Source: a phage
DNA: 64,000 bases
Direction: 5' to 3' (one strand)
Sequence record: PZ476263.1
A program made the position numbers and the translations under genes. This document shows, piece by piece, positions 35,096-44,472 of this stretch (position 1 is the first letter of the stretch; each line of letters begins with the position of its first letter). The notes below the pieces were generated by a model. It saw nothing but the letters and a program-made list of their open reading frames with translations. It was not told where the DNA came from and did no database searches.

Positions 35096-35117
35096 AAAAA
35101 CCGCCCCGAAGGGCGGT
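35096..35117 (-). terminator. Rho-independent terminator accgccc-cgaa-gggcggt
   Basis: Identical to the hairpin at 28951-28968, with a T5 run on the minus strand. Confidence 0.75.
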
Positions 35118-35127
35118 TAAATCATTT

Positions 35128-36174
35128 TTAGCTTACGATATTTGCAAGCAGTTGTGCACGTTTTTCTTTCGGCAACAAGTTGACACGTCCACGGCGCTGC
35201 TGGCCTGTTTTCTTGTTACGATAACGAACGTATTTACCGAGGTTTGTATAATGGAAGCCATCTTCAACCCATTCAGACATGTCCACCAGATCGTCAGTGT
35301 ACAGATCGAAGTTCGGAAGTCGATTGTCCCAAGCCATAAGGATTTCATAAAGCTCCTGGTTAGAAAGAACATCGTACATGTTGTAGTCTTTCATTTCATC
35401 CCAAGCTTCCATATTACCTTTTAAGCATTCTGCCCAAAGCTTATGACCTGCAAACTTACCATGCTTTGATTTCTTATATTTACTACACAGCTTATCTGTC
35501 AGATATTCCAGTTTGTTGGAAGTAAATGCAAATGTTGCTTTTGCAATTTGTAGAGTGTCGATCATTCGATAATTCGAAGGCTTATCATAACCATTCAAAA
35601 TAAATCGTGCATTGATCTTCTTCATATCAAATTTCTTAATGTTGTGACCAACAACCACATCAGCATCGTCTAGCAGCGACCAAAGATCAGGCATTAATGT
35701 TGCATCGCTCTCTGATTCATAATTTTCACGAATATCACGATAGATGATCTCTTCTGAATCTGCCCATTTCGCAACGAAGGACATGATATACCAATCCGAC
35801 TGCAACTGATTAAGGCCAATGTTGTTATTCCAAAGGCTCCAGCAATGACCCAGTAGAGGCGCTGTCTCGATATCAATAAACAAGATTCGGGCACGATTAT
35901 AAGAGAATTTACGATTATGGTCTTGCAGTTTAAAGTCCACAGTGTTCTTAGCTGTGGCTGCAAACGCTTCTTGATCCGCCATGAATCGATCATATTCAGA
36001 AAGAAGATCTTGAACTGAACTTACACCCTGTTTTTCAACTTCTCGACGCAACATATTTCGAACTGTAGATTCTTGAGATTCTTTACCCAACTGTCGGGCA
36101 ACTTCACGTTGAGACATACCGTGCTTCATCAGATCCAGAACTTGCTCAACAGTAAAAGTTACTTTATTAGACAT
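35128..36174 (-). CDS. HTH plus DnaQ/RNase H-like 3'-5' exonuclease domain protein (348 aa)
   Basis: N-terminal HTH MSQREVARQLG. Exo motifs ILFIDIETAP, GHNIKKFD and YNMYDV. Confidence 0.55.
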   Translation of the reverse strand: MSNKVTFTVEQVLDLMKHGMSQREVARQLGKESQESTVRNMLRREVEKQGVSSVQDLLSEYDRFMADQEAFAATAKNTVDFKLQDHNRKFSYNRARILFIDIETAPLLGHCWSLWNNNIGLNQLQSDWYIMSFVAKWADSEEIIYRDIRENYESESDATLMPDLWSLLDDADVVVGHNIKKFDMKKINARFILNGYDKPSNYRMIDTLQIAKATFAFTSNKLEYLTDKLCSKYKKSKHGKFAGHKLWAECLKGNMEAWDEMKDYNMYDVLSNQELYEILMAWDNRLPNFDLYTDDLVDMSEWVEDGFHYTNLGKYVRYRNKKTGQQRRGRVNLLPKEKRAQLLANIVS

Positions 36175-36184
36175 TTATTACTCC

Positions 36185-36409
36185 TTATTTTGAAAATTCG
36201 ATAATATCTACAACAGCGAAGTCGCGGATTTCTTGTTTGTCTGCATCATATGCACGTAGGAACCACTGAGGACCTTTATGGTAAGGACTTTCCCCGTACC
36301 ACATGGTTGGCGCACCTAAAACTGTGCGATAACCACACTCTCCTTTCCAATTCTTATAAAAGAATCGAATAGCCGGACAATCAATTCCCGACAAAAGTTT
36401 TTCGCTCAT
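36185..36409 (-). CDS. Hypothetical protein (74 aa)
   Basis: Intact co-oriented ORF. Confidence 0.55.
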   Translation of the reverse strand: MSEKLLSGIDCPAIRFFYKNWKGECGYRTVLGAPTMWYGESPYHKGPQWFLRAYDADKQEIRDFAVVDIIEFSK

Positions 36410-36971
36410 ACAAATAACTCTCCTCCAGCTCTTTTATGAATGCCTTCACATAAATCTCAATCATTGTGCTCTTATCGAGATTTTCATCAATAACTACGCC
36501 GTATCTTTCTAAACCGTTTCGAGCTATTGTTTCCTTTTTTATCCGCTTAAGATATTTTTTCAAATCTGCGACAATCTCTCCGTGAAATTTATTCAATGAA
36601 TAATCTCTTTCAAGATAATCAGCCATTCTACGCAAGACTTCACTCATTGTCAAGGATGTTTTATCTTCCATGTGCTTAGACCAAAGCTTTTGCACACCAC
36701 CTTCAAAAAGGTTTATTGTGCTCCCGATAACACCCCTGACTTTACCATCAAAGTGGTCATGGTCAAGACAAGGTTTTTCCATAACCTCCCCCAGTATAGC
36801 ACAAACTCCCTGTTGGTCAAGTAAAATTTCATCACGATATTTGGAAATTTCTTTAGAACCACTTACCCAAATTTCCTTATTCAGTTTTACACGTATCGGT
36901 TTAGTTGCCTTATCCTTTGCTACGAATAATGGCTTCTTGGACCGCCTCTTCCTCGATCTGCGTGCTTGCAT
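36381..36971 (-). CDS. Endonuclease VII-family (T4 gp49-like) nuclease with a basic N-terminus
   Basis: GVCAILGEVMEKPCLDHDHFDGKVRGVIGSTINLFEG. Strong RBS GGAGGG 5 nt before the ATG at 36971. Confidence 0.6.
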   Translation of the reverse strand: MQARRSRKRRSKKPLFVAKDKATKPIRVKLNKEIWVSGSKEISKYRDEILLDQQGVCAILGEVMEKPCLDHDHFDGKVRGVIGSTINLFEGGVQKLWSKHMEDKTSLTMSEVLRRMADYLERDYSLNKFHGEIVADLKKYLKRIKKETIARNGLERYGVVIDENLDKSTMIEIYVKAFIKELEESYLYERKTFVGN

Positions 36972-37545
36972 TAATTCCCTCCAAAGCCAGAGCCATTAAA
37001 AACTCCCCGTGTGTAGGAGCTTCAGGATCATCAAAGTATTGATCCATACCTTTTCGATAAAGACTTACAGGGAAATTTATATTTTCAAACAAACTATGGC
37101 CTGTGTGATCCTTATACTTGCTTGAAACACCCTCTTCAATATCTTCCAAAATGCCTCTTCCAAATTTTGAAGAGTTCAGGGCTATACGGATAAGGAAAGA
37201 ATCCTTACCTTCCTTTTTAACATTGTTCTTTATAATGCCTTCCAATGCGTGCTTATCATTTATTGCTTTTAATCCAAGCCGAGTTACGATCATTTCATCA
37301 AAATATTTTCCTTTGAGATGATTCCAGAATGACCATTGAGAGGTACAGATACTTGAGATAGTAATCTCCTTCCCACCTTGATAATCAAAAACTTTTAAAT
37401 CATACCCACCATAAGCCCTTTCGGCTTCATAACCAATATCTTCAAGAGACTTCTTTAAACGTGGGATGATATGCCCACGCTCAATAGTATTCCAGCAAAT
37501 TATTACTTTATTTACCTTTTTAAGTTTAATATCCGTTTCGCTCAA
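36910..37545 (-). CDS. Hypothetical protein (about 211 aa)
   Basis: Track ORF 36910..37572. The TTG at 37545 is preceded by GGGAGG. The 3' end overlaps the next gene by 62 nt. Confidence 0.5.
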   Translation of the reverse strand: MSETDIKLKKVNKVIICWNTIERGHIIPRLKKSLEDIGYEAERAYGGYDLKVFDYQGGKEITISSICTSQWSFWNHLKGKYFDEMIVTRLGLKAINDKHALEGIIKNNVKKEGKDSFLIRIALNSSKFGRGILEDIEEGVSSKYKDHTGHSLFENINFPVSLYRKGMDQYFDDPEAPTHGEFLMALALEGINASTQIEEEAVQEAIIRSKG

Positions 37546-38104
37546 GATAACACCTCCCGATAAGAAAAGCATCTGCTAAATCTGTCGCACCACCATTCTT
37601 TCCACTTTTGGTATACCCTTTTAGGAAATCTGGTTGAAGACTTTCACAGACCTTCATCATTTCATCTTTGCCCATTTTGATCTTGACCATCTTCGTCCCT
37701 TTATCATTCATGACCTCCTGCTCTTCACCTGGCAACTTATCACGCGCCCAAGATTTAACCGAAGTTGGTGCAACAGTATGTATGTTTTGCATAGTATACC
37801 CAGAACGGAGCAGTGTCAACTGAATACAGAAAAATAATCCTGCGAGATCTCTCGTTGCATTGCCTGCGGATCCGAAACTAAGAGATTCAAGTACAATATG
37901 CTCAACTTCAAATGATACACAAAGTTCAAGGATACGTCCAGAGATATATTCCATCTGCTCAGCTGGATTTTCAAAATACATTTGCCAATCTTTCGCATTG
38001 GACGACCCTGTAGTCTTCATAACTTCCTTAAAGATCGGTTCACCATTATCAAAAATTACACAAGCGCAGGATGCCATACTCTGATCAATCGATAATAGTT
38101 TCAT
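37526..38104 (-). CDS. RuvC-like Holliday junction resolvase (192 aa)
   Basis: MKLLSIDQS, HIVLESLSF and DLADAFLIG acidic motifs. ATG at 38104 with an AAGGAG RBS. Confidence 0.6.
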   Translation of the reverse strand: MKLLSIDQSMASCACVIFDNGEPIFKEVMKTTGSSNAKDWQMYFENPAEQMEYISGRILELCVSFEVEHIVLESLSFGSAGNATRDLAGLFFCIQLTLLRSGYTMQNIHTVAPTSVKSWARDKLPGEEQEVMNDKGTKMVKIKMGKDEMMKVCESLQPDFLKGYTKSGKNGGATDLADAFLIGRCYLERNGY

Positions 38105-38411
38105 CTTCTTCTCCTTTTGTCTCTTCGTCAAGGTAATGGTATTGATCAATCAGAAAAACATAGTTTTTAATTTCACCATCCATATAGACCATGAAGGTAA
38201 CGTATTTCTCGTCGTAGAATGGATCTCCTACAACATAGACCTGACATACCTTATCGATACGATTATCGTACCATTGCACTCGCCAAGGCTCTTCGATCAT
38301 AGTCCAAGGACCTTCTACCTTGTAAATCTGGCGACCAGCGCCAGTTACGATAGAGGAGCGGATCTTATCCGCTTCCATTACATCATCAAAGCTTTTAGAA
38401 AAATCTGACAT
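38085..38411 (-). CDS. Hypothetical protein (108 aa)
   Basis: Intact ORF abutting the exonuclease gene. Confidence 0.55.
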   Translation of the reverse strand: MSDFSKSFDDVMEADKIRSSIVTGAGRQIYKVEGPWTMIEEPWRVQWYDNRIDKVCQVYVVGDPFYDEKYVTFMVYMDGEIKNYVFLIDQYHYLDEETKGEEDETIID

Positions 38412-39520
38412 TAAATCCCCACACGTTTCAGAGTAGATGCTAAAGTTGTCTTATCATTTTCTGTACGCTTCATATACACGCATTGGAAAATAATAGATGC
38501 CCATTGTCCCGCTGAATATTTACGTGGAATACCCATATGATCAACGTATTCAACACCGTCAGGGAACCAAGTTTTATACTGATCAATGATCGCCATCCAC
38601 ATCGATTTTTCATCAACACAAGGAGAAATAACCTGGAAAGCAGAAGTCTCACCAAATCGAATACCCTCAAATGTCTGATAAGGCTTAACGTTATCCGCAG
38701 AATCCCCAAACAACATTTGGTAACCGAAGAATTTTTTACCCCAACCTTTCACTTTTCCTGATTCCATCCAAATATCCCCCATAGAATCATCAATAAGCCA
38801 AAGCTCAGGATGCTTCCAACTACGTTCAGTAGGATCACGCATTGTATTAAAAAGCAGTGACGGAACCTGTACCTGATCCTTATCAAAGGATGCCACAATA
38901 TGACTGAACTTACCAGTCTTTTTGTAATTTAAATATCCCTTGTATCCAAGCATAGAAAGGTAATCATCTGCCTCGATACCATCGATAACGATAGCCCCAT
39001 ACTTTTTCTGCACATATCGTCGAGTTTCTCCAAGCAGCAAAGGACGAAGAGAATCTTCACGGTTACCTTTATAGATCTCCGGTGTAGGCAATGCCAATCG
39101 GAAGTTACCGCTCCCGCCGAGAACACCAAGGCCGTTTGACGATCCAACGTGCTCAAGTAATGCGTTGATCTTTACTTTCAAGAGATGCAGACAGTTCTCT
39201 ACTGGCTCTGGAGTTTGCTTCTCTATAATTTCAAAGTCATCACGGGTCCAAGGTTTAAATTCCTTACCTTTTGCCACGGCTTTCGCTTCCATGTTGATAT
39301 TCTGATCTTTAAGCCAACCACCAACGACATTTTTCTGTCGGCCCCAAAACTCTGTTTTGTTCTTAAATTCCTTTTCTCGTCCCGTACCTTTATGCCGTGC
39401 AATGATCGTTCGTTTTTCTGCACCTGCGGCAGCTACGAAACACGTTTGATCGAGGTCTAAAGCAACAACAACGTTGTCTTCAACAATGCCTGACCAATCT
39501 TCAACTAATGGATAACCCAT
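38411..39520 (-). CDS. 5'-3' exonuclease, T7 gp6-like / FEN-type (369 aa)
   Basis: VALDLDQT, GIEADDYLSMLGY, SFDKDQVQVP and FGDSADNVKPY parallel the T7 gp6 acidic motifs as I recall them. Confidence 0.55.
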   Translation of the reverse strand: MGYPLVEDWSGIVEDNVVVALDLDQTCFVAAAGAEKRTIIARHKGTGREKEFKNKTEFWGRQKNVVGGWLKDQNINMEAKAVAKGKEFKPWTRDDFEIIEKQTPEPVENCLHLLKVKINALLEHVGSSNGLGVLGGSGNFRLALPTPEIYKGNREDSLRPLLLGETRRYVQKKYGAIVIDGIEADDYLSMLGYKGYLNYKKTGKFSHIVASFDKDQVQVPSLLFNTMRDPTERSWKHPELWLIDDSMGDIWMESGKVKGWGKKFFGYQMLFGDSADNVKPYQTFEGIRFGETSAFQVISPCVDEKSMWMAIIDQYKTWFPDGVEYVDHMGIPRKYSAGQWASIIFQCVYMKRTENDKTTLASTLKRVGI

Positions 39521-39700
39521 TTAATCCTCCTTAAGAAATTTTTGCAATACCTTGATAATTTTTTCGCAGCAATCTTTTTCACTAACAATGATCACGTCTG
39601 TTGAATCACCATCATTTTGTAGGATGCTGACATACTTATGACCATTCGGACTTTTTCTTATTTCAATTCGAGTATCACCATAATCTTCATATTCAAACAT
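39521..39700 (-). CDS. Possible small protein (59 aa)
   Basis: Not in the track. MFEYEDYGDTRIEIRK... Its start overlaps the upstream stop (TAATG). Confidence 0.45.
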   Translation of the reverse strand: MFEYEDYGDTRIEIRKSPNGHKYVSILQNDGDSTDVIIVSEKDCCEKIIKVLQKFLKED

Positions 39701-40209
39701 TAAAACGCCTCCCCATAATCTTCATCATCTTGTTTAGCCTCTGGACGCTTAAATTTAAAATCCGTCCCCATGTATTCGGCAAGATAATCAATATTTAAAG
39801 ACCACTCTTTTTGACTACGCTCTCGCCATACATCAAATTCAGACTTCAAATATTCAATTGCTTCTTCACGAGTGATCCCATTAACTTTCATAAACTGACG
39901 GATCGCTCGTTCAAGTTTACCGTTCTTTTCAGCAAGACCTGGATGATGGAATTCATGACAAGGTGGACAAAGACACATCAAACCAACAAGCTTAACTTCA
40001 TCATTCTCGAATATCCAATCCTCATGACATTCTACCGGATGTTTACGTCCATTGCCACCCTGACCACCACAAATTTGACAGTGATGGTTGTGCTCTGCAT
40101 AACATTTTCGACGAACCTTGTCCCAACCTGCTTGCGTAAGATAAGAACGAAGGTTAGTATTCCAAGCTGTCTTTGGAATTACACAAATCTTGTGCTTAAT
40201 ATTTTTCAT
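39700..40209 (-). CDS. Zn-binding HNH-like protein (169 aa)
   Basis: HHCQICGG...VECHEDW...CLCPPCHEFHH. Confidence 0.45.
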   Translation of the reverse strand: MKNIKHKICVIPKTAWNTNLRSYLTQAGWDKVRRKCYAEHNHHCQICGGQGGNGRKHPVECHEDWIFENDEVKLVGLMCLCPPCHEFHHPGLAEKNGKLERAIRQFMKVNGITREEAIEYLKSEFDVWRERSQKEWSLNIDYLAEYMGTDFKFKRPEAKQDDEDYGEAF

Positions 40210-40421
40210 CAGACTTTACCCTCTTGTTTCTTGAATACGATAATGAATAACCCAAAAAGATAGAACAAAGAAACCACTAAAGACGTTACCATCGTGAATC
40301 CAATAGCATCCCGAGCATCATACCCGATACTTAATAAACTGTCAACCAAAACTGAAGGGAAGTAGTAAAGTGATGTTGTTACTATGAAAATGTAAGCTGT
40401 CATGATTGATAAGAATTTCAT
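40209..40421 (-). CDS. Small membrane protein (70 aa, 2 TM)
   Basis: Two hydrophobic spans. Confidence 0.55.
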   Translation of the reverse strand: MKFLSIMTAYIFIVTTSLYYFPSVLVDSLLSIGYDARDAIGFTMVTSLVVSLFYLFGLFIIVFKKQEGKV

Positions 40422-40430
40422 TTTATGTCC

Positions 40431-40772
40431 TCACTTGTTAACTATTGCAAGCATGTTACGCGGCATCTTGATAATGCATGAATCTTCCATATTGAACTGA
40501 TCAAGATAGTCAGATAAAACACAGTAGTGATGCCAATCATAATCACCAAAGAAGATTTCAATCTTTGTGATACGATCAATAACAGGATTATCGCCAACAA
40601 CCTTTTCTAAAAGCAACCCTTCAAAAATATATTCCTTATCTTTGTAAAATGTACAAAGCTTTGATGGGATGTTCATTGCCCAGCGATCACGATTTTCTGA
40701 GTTTTCAAATCTGAACAATCCAACATCTTCAACCATATCAACTGCACGAATTTCAAGAATGATTTCTTTCAT
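40431..40772 (-). CDS. Hypothetical protein (113 aa)
   Basis: Intact co-oriented ORF. Confidence 0.55.
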   Translation of the reverse strand: MKEIILEIRAVDMVEDVGLFRFENSENRDRWAMNIPSKLCTFYKDKEYIFEGLLLEKVVGDNPVIDRITKIEIFFGDYDWHHYCVLSDYLDQFNMEDSCIIKMPRNMLAIVNK

Positions 40773-41245
40773 TAGTAAAGGTCCTCAGAGTAAAGTTCTT
40801 TCCTGTCCTTAACGACTTCAGGATCGACTTGATTAGCATATGTTGCAATAATCATTGCTTCTTCACGAGTCCAATAATTTGAGTATTGGTCGATAAATCC
40901 TTGGTCGTCACCACAAACATGGCGCGACACAAGTTTACCACTAACTTGATCAATAACTTCAGCCATATCTTTAGAATAATGACGAGCACCAGGAATAACT
41001 AGTGCACCACCATCTTTTAATTTAAAACGATTAGCTGCACAAACAATTATTCGTTGAAACTTCCGATCTTCGTACCAATGAGCGATCTGCCAACAGATTT
41101 CAGGAACATTGTTCAACACATCCTCTTCAGTATATTTAGTAAAATCACCATAAGAATTCAATTTTGCAGCCAAACTTTCTGGAGTCTCGCGTTGCAATGC
41201 TTTATCCAGCAAGGCCAAACGTTCTTCAAATGTTAACTTGGTCAT
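40772..41245 (-). CDS. Hypothetical protein (157 aa)
   Basis: Intact co-oriented ORF. Confidence 0.6.
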   Translation of the reverse strand: MTKLTFEERLALLDKALQRETPESLAAKLNSYGDFTKYTEEDVLNNVPEICWQIAHWYEDRKFQRIIVCAANRFKLKDGGALVIPGARHYSKDMAEVIDQVSGKLVSRHVCGDDQGFIDQYSNYWTREEAMIIATYANQVDPEVVKDRKELYSEDLY

Positions 41246-41443
41246 TTAGTTTCTCCAATAGATATTTTTGAATTTTTGCATTTTCCAAAGAACTTCAAAA
41301 TACGGCATTGCATAATAAGATATACCATCTTTTGTATACTCTCCGCAGGTACTAAAGCCTTCGGGATATTTTTTAAAGATGTTACCCTTTCTGATCTCTT
41401 CTTCAAGCCACTCAGGATCCGCCCTCAAAAGTTTAAAGTACAT
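41246..41443 (-). CDS. Hypothetical protein (65 aa)
   Basis: Intact co-oriented ORF. Confidence 0.5.
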   Translation of the reverse strand: MYFKLLRADPEWLEEEIRKGNIFKKYPEGFSTCGEYTKDGISYYAMPYFEVLWKMQKFKNIYWRN

Positions 41444-41454
41444 AGTTCGTCTCC

Positions 41455-41658
41455 TTATCGTTTAATATACTTGGAAGGACATGATCCTGCAAGTGATTTT
41501 CTGACTTCTGCGGAATTTCTTCCATCCGAATAAACACATACCTTTTTATTACCGTCACGATACTCATCTTCTAGGCTCAAGGTTTGAGATCCCTTGCAAT
41601 TGCCAACAAAAAACAATGTCATTGTTGAAACCACTAAAGCAGCTGCTATGTTTTTCAT
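41455..41658 (-). CDS. Small secreted or lipoprotein-like protein (67 aa)
   Basis: Signal-like N-terminus MKNIAAALVVSTMTLFFVGNC. RBS GAGGAGAGGG. Confidence 0.5.
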   Translation of the reverse strand: MKNIAAALVVSTMTLFFVGNCKGSQTLSLEDEYRDGNKKVCVYSDGRNSAEVRKSLAGSCPSKYIKR

Positions 41659-41688
41659 TTACCCTCTCCTCTTTGATTTGATGGATAC

Positions 41689-41717
41689 ATCATATTATAA
41701 AACAAACCTCGTGTCAA
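41689..41717 (-). promoter_or_regulatory. Sigma70-type promoter TTGACA-N17-TATGAT
   Basis: -35 at 41712-41717 and -10 at 41689-41694 on the minus strand. Confidence 0.55.
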
Positions 41718-41728
41718 CACATAAAAAC

Positions 41729-41751
41729 AAAAAACCACCCCAAAGGGTGGT
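41729..41751 (-). terminator. Rho-independent terminator accaccc-caaa-gggtggt
   Basis: 7-bp stem followed by a T-run on the minus strand. Confidence 0.7.
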
Positions 41752-41763
41752 CTATTTTAAAAA

Positions 41764-42006
41764 TCATTCAGTGTAATTTACGTTCTCTTCGTTATCCTGA
41801 ATGTTATCTTTTCGTGGGTTTGGTGTCAGATCCAAATGTGCCAACTTAGTGCCTTCAGGTAAATCATTTAAGCTGTATTCCACATTAACCAGTTGACCCG
41901 TCAGTTCATCCATTTTGTTAGAGATGTAAGCTGCAATTGAACGGCCTTCAAGAGTCGCCAGGTATTTCAGTTTCTGATAAGTAGTGTCGTTGAAATCAAT
42001 ATGCAT
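41764..42006 (-). CDS. Ribbon-helix-helix (CopG/Arc-like) DNA-binding protein (80 aa)
   Basis: MHIDFNDTTYQKLKYLATLEGRSIAAYISNKM. ATG at 42006 with an AAGGGGA RBS. Confidence 0.5.
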   Translation of the reverse strand: MHIDFNDTTYQKLKYLATLEGRSIAAYISNKMDELTGQLVNVEYSLNDLPEGTKLAHLDLTPNPRKDNIQDNEENVNYTE

Positions 42007-42064
42007 TTTTATCCCCTTTATTATTTTCATTATGCCCCTATCTAAAGGGGCTTGTTAACAATTC

Positions 42065-42295
42065 TTAAGCTAAACGAACATCTTCTGGCGTTGTGTAGAA
42101 ACCATCAACAACTTCCGAGGTTTGAGTTGTAAAGTCAACGATCACATCTTCTTGACCATATTCATTTTCCAAACCAACCACGATACCTTTGTCACCGATG
42201 TTAACACCTGCCAAAAAATATTCATTGTAAATATTTTCTACGTCAGTAGGATCGAAAATTACTTCATCACCCAGTTTCAATTCGCTAAATTGCAT
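42065..42295 (-). CDS. Hypothetical acidic protein (76 aa)
   Basis: Intact co-oriented ORF. Confidence 0.55.
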   Translation of the reverse strand: MQFSELKLGDEVIFDPTDVENIYNEYFLAGVNIGDKGIVVGLENEYGQEDVIVDFTTQTSEVVDGFYTTPEDVRLA

Positions 42296-42639
42296 TATTC
42301 GTTGTCCTCTTCAACATCATCTTCTTCAAGATTTGCAGGATTGCTACGTCCCATCAGCAGATCAAGTTCATTGAGTTGTTCAATCTTATCTTCCAGTTCA
42401 GCACGTTTCTTCTCGGCTGCATCCTGCTTGTCGTATTCACCATTAATCAGAGTACGCAGATACTTAGGATCAATGTTCAAGTCTTCTTTAGTGATTGCAA
42501 GAATATCTTTCAGGTCTTGAGCTGCATCTTTTTGACGACGAATTGCTTCGACACCTTCTTGAATGATATTAGCCAGGCGTTTACGAGCTTCTACGTCAGA
42601 CGGCAGGGTTTTCAGCAGTTCGATTTTAGATTTAGCCAT
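42295..42639 (-). CDS. Coiled-coil protein, possibly GapR/DUF2312-like DNA binding (114 aa)
   Basis: RRQKDAAQDLKDILAITKEDLNIDPKYLRTLI pattern. ATG at 42639 follows AAGGAG. Confidence 0.3.
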   Translation of the reverse strand: MAKSKIELLKTLPSDVEARKRLANIIQEGVEAIRRQKDAAQDLKDILAITKEDLNIDPKYLRTLINGEYDKQDAAEKKRAELEDKIEQLNELDLLMGRSNPANLEEDDVEEDNE

Positions 42640-42702
42640 TTTTAATTTCTCCTTCATTGATTAATATAAGTTAATTATACAGATTATTTAAAACAAGTCA
42701 AC

Positions 42703-43062
42703 TTAATTTTTAAAAGTTTTTTCGATCAGGGCGATAGCTTCTTTCCAGTTAGTTTCATCAACACGAAGACTCATATAATGCTGTTCCGTGTTGTCAACCA
42801 CTTCTTCAGTAACTTCTTCAAAGAATTTAAATTCTTCAGGAAGGATCTCAAAATAATCACCGCCTCCTGAATATGCCCTTTTTATGCTGCCGTTTGGAAA
42901 AACAACTGAACAAACACTACCGTAATCATCTACTAATTCCAAAACTTCGAATTGACCACCATTGTATGCAATCTTTTGAATAAGATCCTCGTTGTGAACT
43001 GAAGCATTTTTAAAATCACGAATAGTGTCGACCTTAAGTTTATATTTCTTTCCGATTTTCAT
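42703..43062 (-). CDS. Hypothetical protein (119 aa)
   Basis: Intact co-oriented ORF. Confidence 0.6.
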   Translation of the reverse strand: MKIGKKYKLKVDTIRDFKNASVHNEDLIQKIAYNGGQFEVLELVDDYGSVCSVVFPNGSIKRAYSGGGDYFEILPEEFKFFEEVTEEVVDNTEQHYMSLRVDETNWKEAIALIEKTFKN

Positions 43063-43130
43063 CTTCGTTTCCTCTCTTGGTTAAGTGAGGCCATTATGCC
43101 TCACTATTGATACCTTGTCAAATCTTTATT

Positions 43131-43463
43131 TTAAAATTCTTTAAACAAGATCTGCAAGATTGGAACTTCCAATCCTAGCTCGTCAAAGTTAATATCTGAC
43201 ATAAATACCGGAATTGTTCGAGTAATGAAAGAATCCCCGCCTGTATGGACTTTGAGTACCAACATCCCTTTGTACCCCGCCTTAAATTCTTGAACAAATG
43301 GACTTAAAGCACTTACGTAGATAACATGTTTCCCATCTGCAAATTTCTTGTAACGAGTACCTTTTGCCAGACCAGAGATCGGAATACCATCAAAAGTGAT
43401 TGTCGTCATTGTTGGATCGTATGCAATAATCGGACTTGGTTTACTTTGTGATTCTGTGCTCAT
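43131..43463 (-). CDS. Hypothetical protein (110 aa)
   Basis: Intact co-oriented ORF. Confidence 0.6.
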   Translation of the reverse strand: MSTESQSKPSPIIAYDPTMTTITFDGIPISGLAKGTRYKKFADGKHVIYVSALSPFVQEFKAGYKGMLVLKVHTGGDSFITRTIPVFMSDINFDELGLEVPILQILFKEF

Positions 43464-43476
43464 ATATTATCTCCTC

Positions 43477-43653
43477 TTATCGAACAAACATCTTGCCTTG
43501 GTCACAATAACCATTCTTGATCCCACGCGGCGCACTCAATTCTTTAAGTGCAACACCACCACACTTACAAACTGTACTTTCACGTTCAGATATTTTACGA
43601 TTCTGATCGAACTCTTCACCACACTTAGTGCATTTATAATTATACAGCGGCAT
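43477..43653 (-). CDS. FmdB-type zinc-ribbon protein (58 aa)
   Basis: Not in the track. MPLYNYKCTKCGEEFDQ...VCKCGG. Confidence 0.55.
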   Translation of the reverse strand: MPLYNYKCTKCGEEFDQNRKISERESTVCKCGGVALKELSAPRGIKNGYCDQGKMFVR

Positions 43654-43656
43654 TAC

Positions 43657-44457
43657 TTAAAAACCTCCCAGCTTTGCTTCAAAATATGTCAGCGGCTTCA
43701 TGATCTTGCCATTGCAATCTTTCCAGACTACACGATTAACACCGTTGACTTTCACAACATTACCTTTAACACCAGTATATCGACCCTTGTTACGTTTTTC
43801 AATAAGATCAGATTCCAGTTGAATCATCTCTTCAAGAGCTACATCATTCTCACTGAAATAGAAGTGCTGCTTGTAAAATTCCTTGTTGAATTCTTCAACT
43901 GTAGGAATCTTAGAATCATTAGAGTCAAGGACTTCTTCAAGTGCATCAATATAATCGAAATTAAATTTACGCATGATCTCAATTGTGTTTCGAACAACGC
44001 CGTTCGCCAGTTGTTGTCCAACATAATAAGTAAGAATGCTTAAGTTGTCAAAGATGTCTGAATTTTTCTCTGTGACGTAAGGAAAAATATCATATGGTCC
44101 ATCTTTATAAGTTTCATGCAAGCTTCGAGTTTGAAAATCTGCATAAACAGAAACAACGAAAAGATCACACAGTGCATCAATGACTTCTTTACGATTATTT
44201 TTACTAATGCCGAGTTCGTAAAGCTCATTATATTCTTCTTCTACAAGCTCCCACTGAAAGAGAAGCTCGGATGTGGATAGGGCGTGTTTACCACGCGCTG
44301 CAAAATTCCAATCAATAACACGCTGTGCACATTGAGAAACTTTTTCATTTTCGTCAATCTTTAACAGACTGCTAACAAATTCTTTCTCTTTAGTGTTCAT
44401 TTCTAGGAAATCAAACATCATACTCTCCTCTTTCTTAAGTGCAGGGCCATTATACAT
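43657..44457 (-). CDS. Hypothetical protein, possible all-alpha NTP pyrophosphohydrolase (MazG / dimeric dUTPase-like) (266 aa)
   Basis: WELVEEEYNELYE...EVIDALCDLFVV helical acidic pattern. Confidence 0.3.
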   Translation of the reverse strand: MYNGPALKKEESMMFDFLEMNTKEKEFVSSLLKIDENEKVSQCAQRVIDWNFAARGKHALSTSELLFQWELVEEEYNELYELGISKNNRKEVIDALCDLFVVSVYADFQTRSLHETYKDGPYDIFPYVTEKNSDIFDNLSILTYYVGQQLANGVVRNTIEIMRKFNFDYIDALEEVLDSNDSKIPTVEEFNKEFYKQHFYFSENDVALEEMIQLESDLIEKRNKGRYTGVKGNVVKVNGVNRVVWKDCNGKIMKPLTYFEAKLGGF

Positions 44458-44472
44458 GACCCTTTCAATAAA

